This document shows, one piece after another, positions 11,016-18,927 of a stretch of DNA of 64,000 nucleotides. The position numbers were made by a program, and so were the translations under genes. Origin of the DNA: Bacteriovoracaceae bacterium (GTDB lineage Bacteria; Bdellovibrionota; UBA1018); the NCBI GenBank assembly GCA_947447665.1, contig CANFJX010000001.1, forward strand, positions 211,911 to 275,910. The letters run 5' to 3'. The notes beneath the pieces are model-generated. The model ran no database searches, was not told where the DNA came from, and saw only the letters and a list, made by a program, of their open reading frames with translations. Position 1 is the first letter of the stretch. Each line of letters starts with the position of its first letter.

Positions 11016-11195
11016 TTCGAGAGAGGGGAAGTTTAAATTTAATGAATTAACTACTTTCAGAAAGAGCGAAGTTTTTTTATTTTTTTCCTTGCGTCTCTTT
11101 CTTACCGGTTATACAACATTTTCACAATTTGACGTTTTCCACGGGTGCCCCACTTCCCCCCCCCCACACACACTGAATGAGGTTCCCGTGGCTGT

Positions 11196-11236
11196 AAAGG
11201 ACCCAAAGGCTCTGCCTTAGGGTCCTTTATTGTTTT
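11196..11236 (+). terminator. Rho-independent terminator-like hairpin in the fabI 3' region (aaaggaccc-N15-gggtccttt followed by a T-tract)
   Basis: A perfect 9-bp inverted repeat is followed by ATTGTTTT on the + strand. It sits about 180 nt after the fabI stop, convergent with the minus-strand regulator gene. Confidence 0.4.
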
Positions 11237-11308
11237 AATAACCATAATTAAATTACTGACGCCTAATTCATATCCCAAGATCAATATTGGAACAGAAGAC
11301 CAAGCAGT

Positions 11309-12052
11309 CTAGGCCGCCATCTTTGCGCGATAAGCCTCTGCTTTGAGTCCGTACTTTCTCAGCAACCTCAAAAAATTACTCCGATCGAGGCGTGCTTCGC
11401 GAGCAGCAGCGGAGACATTTCCACTATGGAGATTAAGCAGCTGAGCGAGATAATCTACCTCAAACGTCTCAATCCACTTCCGTTTCATATGAGTGTAGCT
11501 AGGCCCTAAAGGGGCGGCAGATACTGACTCAACTTCTAAATTCTCAGGGGAAATCTCAGGATTTGAATCCGAGCTCACGAGCCTCAAATGAGGTCCAACA
11601 GGAAGTGAGGGCCGAGGAATCTCGGGGGAATGCACGCGAGTCTCATTTCTCGGCAAAGAAATCACTTGAGCTAACCCCTGTAATTTCTCAACCACAGTGT
11701 TGACCGCAGCTTTGAGTTCATCGATCGGCAAAGGTTTTTCAAAGTAGTCGGTGACTCCCAATCGCAGAGCATTGACTAATTCAGCTTTGCCCGCGTCTTG
11801 GCTCAGTAAAATAAACTGGGTTCTTGGGTCACGCTGCCGGCACTCCTGAATCAATGCAAAAGCCCCTTTGCCAGGCAGCCAAGCATTGAGAATAATTAAT
11901 GCCCAGCGTTTTCTTTGCACGAGCGTCTCTACGGCACCTTCTGCAGACGAACTTAAATGAAGCTCAATCCTTCCATCCAACTCTAAAGCAGCTTTCAACT
12001 GATCTCGGGTGGTTTGTTCGGGGTCGATCACCAAAATTTGAATAGGTTCCAT
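11309..12052 (-). CDS. Response regulator: receiver domain plus C-terminal Fis-type HTH (NtrC-like but without an AAA+ domain)
   Basis: The N-terminal CheY-like receiver (LVIDPEQ...D...ILNAWLPG) and the C-terminal SNFLRLLRKYGL Fis/HTH_8 motif are present. At 247 aa it is too short to hold a sigma-54 ATPase domain. Confidence 0.7.
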   Translation of the reverse strand: MEPIQILVIDPEQTTRDQLKAALELDGRIELHLSSSAEGAVETLVQRKRWALIILNAWLPGKGAFALIQECRQRDPRTQFILLSQDAGKAELVNALRLGVTDYFEKPLPIDELKAAVNTVVEKLQGLAQVISLPRNETRVHSPEIPRPSLPVGPHLRLVSSDSNPEISPENLEVESVSAAPLGPSYTHMKRKWIETFEVDYLAQLLNLHSGNVSAAAREARLDRSNFLRLLRKYGLKAEAYRAKMAA

Positions 12053-12203
12053 CGTTTATTCCTCACTTTCCTGATCGGCAGACGGCGATGATTACTTGAT
12101 TAAATAGTACAACTAAAGAGTGTCTTTTTCAACCTGGCGCCCCGAAGTCCCGATTGAGCTATTACTTCGGGACCTTACACTTAATAAGCTAAATCAATTG
12201 ATA

Positions 12204-12215
12204 GTGTGTGTGTGT
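12204..12215. repeat. (GT)6 dinucleotide microsatellite in a divergent promoter region
   Basis: gtgtgtgtgtgt lies between the minus-strand regulator (11309..12052) and the plus-strand kamA-like gene. Confidence 0.6.
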
Positions 12216-12285
12216 TTAGGTCCACTTGTCTTCAATGGCAGAATCTGGCACTCTTAAAACCGAATAGATTGAGGAGGGATTCAGC

Positions 12286-13437
12286 ATGGCTTTCAACATT
12301 ATCACTAAAAATACCGTTCGAGATCGCTTCAAGAGTGCTCCGCGCCCTGAGATTTGGAAGGATGCCGATCCTAAGGATTGGAATAATTGGGTCTGGCAGC
12401 AGCAAAAGCGACTCAAATCGATGGATCAGCTTGAAAAAGTGATTCAGGTTGCTCCCGAGGAGCGAGAAGCTTTCGCCCAATCGCATGAAATGTTCAATAT
12501 GGGAATTACTCCCTATTACGCCTCTCTCATCGATCCAAATGATCCCAATTGTCCCATCCGGCTGCAATCCGTTCCAAAGCCCGGAGAACTCATCATTTTA
12601 CCGACCGATTTAGAGGACCCCCTGGCTGAAGAGCGTGACATGCCCGTCCCTGGCATCACTCATCGCTACCCGGATCGAGTCCTCTTCTACACCACCCACA
12701 ACTGCCCGGTTTACTGTCGGCATTGTACCCGTAAACGAAAAGTATCCGACCCATCTTCTTCGGCTGCTAATAAGCAGCTAGAAGAATCCCTGGCCTATAT
12801 AGAGTCCCACAAAGAAATCCGGGACGTGGTGATCTCGGGCGGCGATCCGCTCTCCAATTCCGATGACCGCTTAGAATATATTCTCTCTAGATTGAGAGGC
12901 ATGGAACATATCGAAGTATTCAGAATTGGAACTCGAAACTTAGTGACTCTTCCGCAGCGAATTACCCAGAGTTTTGCTGACATGCTCAAAAAGTATCACC
13001 CCGTTTTTGTTCACACGCATTTCAACCACCCAAAAGAATGCACGTTAGAAGCCTTTGATGCTTGCGCACGACTAGCTGATGCTGGATGCGTTCTTCATAA
13101 TCAAATGGTTTTACTTAAAGGAATCAACGATGATCCTCAGATCGTCAAGGAACTCAATCACAAGCTTTTGATGATGAGAGTTCGCCCCTACTATATTTAC
13201 CAATGCGATCTTTCCCAAGGAATTAGTCATTTCCGCACACCAGTAGAAACTGGCTTAAATATTATCGAACATCTCCGAGGATGGACGAGCGGGATGGCAG
13301 TTCCTCACTTCGTTATCGATGCACCTGGCGGTGGGGGAAAAATTCCACTTCTGCCCGAGTATGTCGTGAAACACGAAGGGAAAAAATGGATTCTGCGAAA
13401 TTTCAGGAAGCAAGAGTTTGAATACATCGAACCTTAG
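12286..13437 (+). CDS. KamA-family radical SAM lysine 2,3-aminomutase (or EF-P beta-lysylation EpmB-like)
   Basis: The CPVYCRHCTRKRK radical-SAM cysteine motif and overall KamA-family architecture are present; 383 aa. Confidence 0.8.
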   Translation: MAFNIITKNTVRDRFKSAPRPEIWKDADPKDWNNWVWQQQKRLKSMDQLEKVIQVAPEEREAFAQSHEMFNMGITPYYASLIDPNDPNCPIRLQSVPKPGELIILPTDLEDPLAEERDMPVPGITHRYPDRVLFYTTHNCPVYCRHCTRKRKVSDPSSSAANKQLEESLAYIESHKEIRDVVISGGDPLSNSDDRLEYILSRLRGMEHIEVFRIGTRNLVTLPQRITQSFADMLKKYHPVFVHTHFNHPKECTLEAFDACARLADAGCVLHNQMVLLKGINDDPQIVKELNHKLLMMRVRPYYIYQCDLSQGISHFRTPVETGLNIIEHLRGWTSGMAVPHFVIDAPGGGGKIPLLPEYVVKHEGKKWILRNFRKQEFEYIEP

Positions 13438-13888
13438 GGGTTTTGCTATTGCTTTGATTTCGCTCAACACCGCTTGCGGCTCGATTCCGCAGGCGAAATA
13501 CGAATCTTTTGAATTCCCCTCAAATCTCGCTTTCGTCAACAAAATCAATCGGCCATTTCAGTCCCTAGGATGGGTTCGTGCCAAGGTCAACTTCCAATCC
13601 CTTGACCCCAATCACGAAGAGTTAGCCCTTTGCAGAAATTATTACCATAAGGCCATCCGACAGCTCGTCGACATGGCAAAGAAAAAAGGGGCTGACGCGG
13701 TGGTGGAGGTGAAGTCGATCGTTTTTCTTGAGGATGGCCGTCGGGAAGCCTACCCAACACCCGAGTGCTCAGATGACGGATTTGAAGGTCAGATTTTAGT
13801 TCAAGGGATCGCAGTTCAGTGGCAAAAGGAAAATGACCCGCAAAAATCGCTTACTCAGACTTTACTCCCCACGAACTCTCCACGATAA
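13418..13888 (+). CDS. Hypothetical lipoprotein (156 aa)
   Basis: It has a signal peptide with a lipobox (ISLNTAC). No motif was recognised. It overlaps the kamA end by 20 nt. Confidence 0.4.
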   Translation: MNTSNLRGFAIALISLNTACGSIPQAKYESFEFPSNLAFVNKINRPFQSLGWVRAKVNFQSLDPNHEELALCRNYYHKAIRQLVDMAKKKGADAVVEVKSIVFLEDGRREAYPTPECSDDGFEGQILVQGIAVQWQKENDPQKSLTQTLLPTNSPR

Positions 13889-14583
13889 GAAAACTGGATC
13901 TCTGGATGCTCGGAAAGAAACTCAGCGACTCCTTCATTTCTGAGCTGGCAAGCAGGGCAGTGCCCGCATCCCTTTTTAGGGATTCCCTCGTAGCAGGTGA
14001 TCGTCTCCTCCAAGAGAAACTCAAGAATTCCAAGCCGGTGGGCACAACCCAGAGTTTCCCGCTTGGTCATAAAAACGAGAGGAGTTCGAATCTCAAAAGA
14101 CGAATCAGCTAAATCCATCCTAAGAATCTCTTCCATTTTATCCATATAAAGCCGCGAGCAGTCCCGATATCCTGAATTGGCGGACTCGACTTCGATCACT
14201 CCCATATAAATGACCTGAGCGCCCAGAGAATCAGCGTGAATTGCGGCCAAGCGCGCCATTAAACCATTTCGACCCAAAACCAAGCTATTAGGCGGCTCCC
14301 CTGGCTTCGCCTCGATCGGCAGCGAGTGACGAGTGAGCGAGTTCTCTGTGATCTGGGTGAGACAAGACAAATCAATCTCTACATGATCCACCTGCCAACG
14401 ATCGCAAATCAATCTCGCTTGCTTTATCTCGCTCGAATGACGTTGCTGGTAAGAAAAGGTTAGACCTAAAACGTTCTCCCGCCCGAAATCCTGGATTGCC
14501 TGGGCAAGACAAATGCTTGAATCCATCCCGCCAGAATGGACAACCACTGCACGCTTTTTCAATGAACCACTTAATTCTCGCAT
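13855..14583 (-). CDS. queC: 7-cyano-7-deazaguanine synthase QueC
   Basis: The KRAVVVHSGGMDSS PP-loop and the C-terminal CGHCPAC zinc motif are present. The likely start is the internal Met (MRELSG...), not the longer ORF to 14652. Confidence 0.8.
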   Translation of the reverse strand: MRELSGSLKKRAVVVHSGGMDSSICLAQAIQDFGRENVLGLTFSYQQRHSSEIKQARLICDRWQVDHVEIDLSCLTQITENSLTRHSLPIEAKPGEPPNSLVLGRNGLMARLAAIHADSLGAQVIYMGVIEVESANSGYRDCSRLYMDKMEEILRMDLADSSFEIRTPLVFMTKRETLGCAHRLGILEFLLEETITCYEGIPKKGCGHCPACQLRNEGVAEFLSEHPEIQFSYRGEFVGSKV

Positions 14584-14758
14584 TGACCACATCCCGAGCG
14601 GCGCCACCGAACTCGCATAGCCCACTTGACTCGTCCTTTTTTGAGCAACCACAGAGAGAGGGGCATAGAAATCTGGGTCCTATAAAATCGAGACAGAATC
14701 CAGATGAGGTTAAATCCTACAATCACAAAAACAATCAACTCTTGCACGCTCAGCGTCC

Positions 14759-16693
14759 TCAACCTAGACCCAGGTAAGAGGCCAATTGGTAGGTCAGAAA
14801 CGAGCCCAAATAAGCCAGTGAGGTCATATAAATTAACATTACCGCTGGCCAACGCCAGGAGTTGGTCTCTCGCCGGGTAACCGCTAAAGTTGATAGGCAC
14901 TGACAAGCCAGAACGTACCAAACCAACAAACTCAGCGCCGTTGCCAAACTCCAATCCCTGAACAGCCGATCTCCGAGAAGCTCCGTGCTCCCCTCTTTTT
15001 GTTCTCCCACAGCATAGACGGTAGCTAAGGAGCCAATCATCACTTCTCTTGCCGCAAAACTCGGAATCAGGGCCACAGCAATTTTCCAGTTAAACCCGAT
15101 AGGTCTCACCAGGGGCTCTAAGCCCTTCCCGATTTTTCCAGCAAAACTATAAGAAATCGCAGGTTCCATCGCTCCCTGCGGCGGCTTCGGATATGTGGAT
15201 AAGAACCACAAAAGAATAGAAACCGACAGAATCACCGTACCCGCGCGGGCAACAAAAAGTCGTGCTCTTTCGAAAAGGCCCAGAGCAACACTCTTTGCAT
15301 CAGGCCACTTATAGGTGGGTAGCTCCATTAAGAGAATCGGTTTCGGACCGCGGAAAAAAGTGGACCGAAGCAGCAGGGCCACCAAAAGTGCTGCTAAAAC
15401 ACCAAAGAGATAGAGTCCAAACATGACTAATCCCTGCAATCGCAGCGGTCCCAGTACAGCTCGATTGGGAATAAATGCAGCAATCAACATAGAATAAACT
15501 GGCAAACGAGCTGAACAAGTCATCAGAGGCGCGACTAAAATGGTAGTCAGCCGATCTCGTCGATTTTCGATAGTTCGAGTCGCCATAATACCAGGGACTG
15601 CACAAGCGAAGGAGGAAAGAAGTGGAATAAATGCTCGCCCATGTAAGCCCACTTTGCCCATCCATTTATCCATCAAAAATGCGGCTCTGGGCATATAACC
15701 ACAATCCTCTAAAAACAAGATAAACAAGAAGAGTAAACTAATCTGAGGCAAGAAAACAATTACTGAGCCCACCCCAGCAATCACTCCATCCGCCAGTAGA
15801 CTTCTCAGAGGACCAGGGGCCATAACTTCATACAATACTGACGAAAGAACTCGAATCTGGGACTCAATCCAATCCTTCGGAATCTCTGCCCAATTAAAAA
15901 TTGCCTGAAACATCAAACCAAAGACGCAGAATAAAATGAGACTACCCCAAAGAGGATGCAGTACTACACGATCCACGCGATCAGTCCAAATCGTTGGTGA
16001 CGAACTCTTACGAGTCGCAAGTCTGAGAATTCGATCGACCTCAGAAAATCGGCCTCGAATTTCTTCGGGGCTGGTTTGAATCCAAACAGAAGGAGCGACT
16101 GCAACCTCATTGTTTAATTTTTTTTCCACCTCGGAGAGCAATTCAACTACACCCTCTTGCCTAGGGGCAACCGTCGGAACCACAGGAATTCCTAGCTCCT
16201 TAGAAAGCACATCTAGATCCAGATCTAGACCTCGCTGCTTGGCGATGTCCATCATATTGAGAGCCAAAACAGTGGGCCTGCCTAGTTTTCGAAGCTCAAG
16301 CACGAGCCCCAGATTTCGCTCAAGCTGAGTCGCATCTGCTACAGCGATCAAGAGGTCAGGGGATTTTTCAACTGTCTGATCAAATCCAAAAAGAACATCC
16401 CGAGTAATCAACTCGTCGGGGGTTTTTGCGTCTAAACTATAGGTCCCGGGGAGGTCAACAATTCTTAGTTCCGTTCCAGATGAAGTGCGAACTCGACCTT
16501 CTTTTCTCTCTACCGTAACTCCGGGATAATTTCCGACCTTGGCTTTCCCGCCCGTAATGGCATTGAAAAGCGCAGTTTTTCCGCAGTTAGGATTCCCAGC
16601 AAGTGCAACCGTTTTCAAGGCGGGAGATTTCGATCGAGTTGGATTCAGCCCCTCGGGAAGGAAGACTTTCTGTAAAACTTCAGTTTCATTCAT
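14759..16693 (-). CDS. feoB: Ferrous iron transport protein B
   Basis: The N-terminal G-domain GNPNCGKTALFNAITG is followed by a polytopic membrane region; 644 aa. Confidence 0.9.
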   Translation of the reverse strand: MNETEVLQKVFLPEGLNPTRSKSPALKTVALAGNPNCGKTALFNAITGGKAKVGNYPGVTVERKEGRVRTSSGTELRIVDLPGTYSLDAKTPDELITRDVLFGFDQTVEKSPDLLIAVADATQLERNLGLVLELRKLGRPTVLALNMMDIAKQRGLDLDLDVLSKELGIPVVPTVAPRQEGVVELLSEVEKKLNNEVAVAPSVWIQTSPEEIRGRFSEVDRILRLATRKSSSPTIWTDRVDRVVLHPLWGSLILFCVFGLMFQAIFNWAEIPKDWIESQIRVLSSVLYEVMAPGPLRSLLADGVIAGVGSVIVFLPQISLLFLFILFLEDCGYMPRAAFLMDKWMGKVGLHGRAFIPLLSSFACAVPGIMATRTIENRRDRLTTILVAPLMTCSARLPVYSMLIAAFIPNRAVLGPLRLQGLVMFGLYLFGVLAALLVALLLRSTFFRGPKPILLMELPTYKWPDAKSVALGLFERARLFVARAGTVILSVSILLWFLSTYPKPPQGAMEPAISYSFAGKIGKGLEPLVRPIGFNWKIAVALIPSFAAREVMIGSLATVYAVGEQKEGSTELLGDRLFRDWSLATALSLLVWYVLACQCLSTLAVTRRETNSWRWPAVMLIYMTSLAYLGSFLTYQLASYLGLG

Positions 16694-16935
16694 ACCGGGA
16701 TAACCTCAATGGTATTGGCTTCCTGACGCCTTAGGGCCAGAAGAGTTCCTCGCACTCGAACGGCCAAAGGATCGCCACCAAACGGCGCCTCGTGGACTAC
16801 TTCTGCAATCGAACCCTCCAAAAACCCCATCGCCATGAGCCGCTGAACCCAATCAGCGGAATCAGAGCCCACCCCCACTCGCACAATTCGTCCCCTTTGA
16901 CCCACCTGAAGTTGCCCCAGTTTGAGTGTCTTCAC
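16690..16935 (-). CDS. feoA: Ferrous iron transport protein A
   Basis: This small SH3-like protein (GQRGRIVRV) is directly upstream of feoB and overlaps it. Confidence 0.7.
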   Translation of the reverse strand: MKTLKLGQLQVGQRGRIVRVGVGSDSADWVQRLMAMGFLEGSIAEVVHEAPFGGDPLAVRVRGTLLALRRQEANTIEVIPV

Positions 16936-17270
16936 ATCAACTCCTCGACGTGCTCCATTCCCTCCTGCAGAAGACGATCGATATGTCGATCATCTAAAGC
17001 ATAGAACGAAGTTCTGCCATCCCGGCGAACCTTGACTAACCGGAGCTGCCTCAGAGTTCGAAGGTGATGACTAACTGCAGGCTGACTCATTGATAGAACG
17101 TGGGCTAACTCCCCGACTTTGTATTCTTTTTGAGAAAGATACCAAACAATCCGAACCCGACTGGAATCTCCTAATGCCTGGAATGTTTGGGCAAGGAGCG
17201 CAAATTTTTTATGCTCCTGATCGGGCTCGTGAACAAGGGTGGACTGGTGGAATGGGCTGTGCAAAAGCAT
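16932..17270 (-). CDS. ArsR/SmtB-family metalloregulator (first gene of the feoAB operon)
   Basis: It carries a winged HTH (ELAHVLSMSQPAVSHHLRTLRQLRLV); 112 aa. Confidence 0.75.
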   Translation of the reverse strand: MLLHSPFHQSTLVHEPDQEHKKFALLAQTFQALGDSSRVRIVWYLSQKEYKVGELAHVLSMSQPAVSHHLRTLRQLRLVKVRRDGRTSFYALDDRHIDRLLQEGMEHVEELM

Positions 17271-17900
17271 AAACGATTGCTTATATGTTTACACGCGGAG
17301 TGTCAAGTGAAAACCCCTTCCTGGGAGCAGCTCAAACAAGGCGTCAGCTACTTCTTCCTTAACTTGGCCACCCCGGTTACCTTCTACTGGGCGTTCCACG
17401 AATGGGGGCCCAAAGCTGCCATTGGGTTCGCCGTCGGAGTATCAATCCTACAACTCCTGACTCATGTGGTTTTTCGAGTTCGTCCGTCACCAATTTTCAT
17501 CTTCGCTTCGGGGTTCACCGTCGTTTTCGGCGGCATTGATCTTTGGATTAAAACCCCGCAATTCTACCGCTTCGAGCCGTTTGCCCAAAACTTTGGGGTG
17601 GCCACTTTTTTTCTCTTCGCAACTTGGGCTGGCCTCCCCCTGGCCTATGAGGTCGCCAAAGCACTCCCCAAACCGGTCCAACCCAAGTTCCGAACGCCCG
17701 ATGACCCAGCCCTTAAACGTCTCACTTGGATCTGGATTGTCTACCTCTACCTCAAGTCTGGATTCTACCTGTTCCTTGCCTTCCGCGTGGACCTGGCAAA
17801 TCTGATTTTACTGAGAACCCTAATAGGGGGAGGAAGCATGGCTGTGATGATTTTAGCTGTTCCCTTCAACCTGCTTCGAAAAAAAAATAGAGATGAATGA
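17187..17900 (+). CDS. Polytopic inner-membrane protein (possibly YciB/IspZ septation-protein-like); start uncertain
   Basis: It has five or more hydrophobic helices. The 5' end overlaps the arsR start, so the true start may be an internal GTG near 17306. Confidence 0.45.
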   Translation: MGKERKFFMLLIGLVNKGGLVEWAVQKHKRLLICLHAECQVKTPSWEQLKQGVSYFFLNLATPVTFYWAFHEWGPKAAIGFAVGVSILQLLTHVVFRVRPSPIFIFASGFTVVFGGIDLWIKTPQFYRFEPFAQNFGVATFFLFATWAGLPLAYEVAKALPKPVQPKFRTPDDPALKRLTWIWIVYLYLKSGFYLFLAFRVDLANLILLRTLIGGGSMAVMILAVPFNLLRKKNRDE

Positions 17901-17972
17901 ATCGATTATCCCGCAAACCGAGCAGCTGGAATTGGCTCTAGCATTATTCCAAAAAGAGTCTAACCTAAAAAA

Positions 17973-18617
17973 ATGAGGCTAATCAATAAGCAGATTATGC
18001 TCATCGATGATGATGACGTACTACTCAAACTACTCACTCGCACACTAGAAACTCGAGGCTGCATCGTTCACTCCTGCAATCACATCAGAGAAGCTTTAAA
18101 GCTCATCACGGACCATGTTCCGGACTTAATCATACTAGATCTCAACATGCCTCAATTTGACGGCTTTACTTTTTTAAAGTTCAGACAAAAAAACGAACTT
18201 ATTTCGACCATCCCTGTTCTCGTTTTAAGTGGAACGAAGAGCCAAGAAGAGGCACAAAAAGCTCTAGAACTCGGCGCAGCCCACTTTATTTCTAAGCCTT
18301 TTGAAAGTCGAATTATTCTACAAAAAGTAAGATCTATTTTTCAATCAAAGGAACGCCTATCGTATCAATTTCCGGCCAGCGCCCAACCATTAGCCACAGC
18401 AGAAATCCAAGCATCTATTATTGAACAGGGCCATAGTCAAATCAAGATCGAGAGTCAGGTTAAATTCTGCGCCGGAAAATCAGTCGTCCTTATGTCAGAT
18501 GAATATCCTGGAAATAGTGAAGGTCCATCTCAATTTAAAATTGATGACAGCCCGGCCGAACTCAACCAAGGTCTTTTTAAAACATTACTAACGAGTCTAG
18601 GTATTGACACCCGATGA
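17973..18617 (+). CDS. Response regulator receiver protein with a C-terminal extension
   Basis: MLIDDDDVLLKLL...DLIILDLNMPQFDG...K matches the CheY-like phospho-acceptor pattern. Confidence 0.7.
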   Translation: MRLINKQIMLIDDDDVLLKLLTRTLETRGCIVHSCNHIREALKLITDHVPDLIILDLNMPQFDGFTFLKFRQKNELISTIPVLVLSGTKSQEEAQKALELGAAHFISKPFESRIILQKVRSIFQSKERLSYQFPASAQPLATAEIQASIIEQGHSQIKIESQVKFCAGKSVVLMSDEYPGNSEGPSQFKIDDSPAELNQGLFKTLLTSLGIDTR

Positions 18618-18919
18618 ACGCTTGTAAACAGAAAGTAAAAATTAATTTTCAAGTTACAATCGAATCCGTCCACCCGAACGAAATTCATGTTATTTCAGAC
18701 CACTTAATCAAAAAAGGTGCATCCTTTTACCTGAGCGGCCCAGAGTTAAAGAAAATCACTCCTCATAGCGAAAAAATATTCGTAAGAGTCACTCGATCCA
18801 ATGCGACGCTAATTTCTGAACAAAAGAAATACCAAATCGAACTAGAAATCGATGGAGGACAGGCAATAGCACTAGGAGAAATTCGACTTTTTTTAAGCAA
18901 TTCAAAAAACGGATTTTGA
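18614..18919 (+). CDS. Hypothetical small protein, possibly PilZ-like
   Basis: The 101-aa ORF is translationally coupled to the upstream receiver gene. It has a weak DxSxxG-like segment (SDHLIKKGAS) but no clear RxxxR motif. Confidence 0.3.
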   Translation: MNACKQKVKINFQVTIESVHPNEIHVISDHLIKKGASFYLSGPELKKITPHSEKIFVRVTRSNATLISEQKKYQIELEIDGGQAIALGEIRLFLSNSKNGF

Positions 18920-18927
18920 TGCGATCT

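Noticed and set aside
11102-11284. 60-aa ORF in the fabI downstream intergenic region
   Set aside because: It is low-complexity, overlaps the terminator hairpin and C-tract, and has no RBS, so it is more likely structured RNA than coding.
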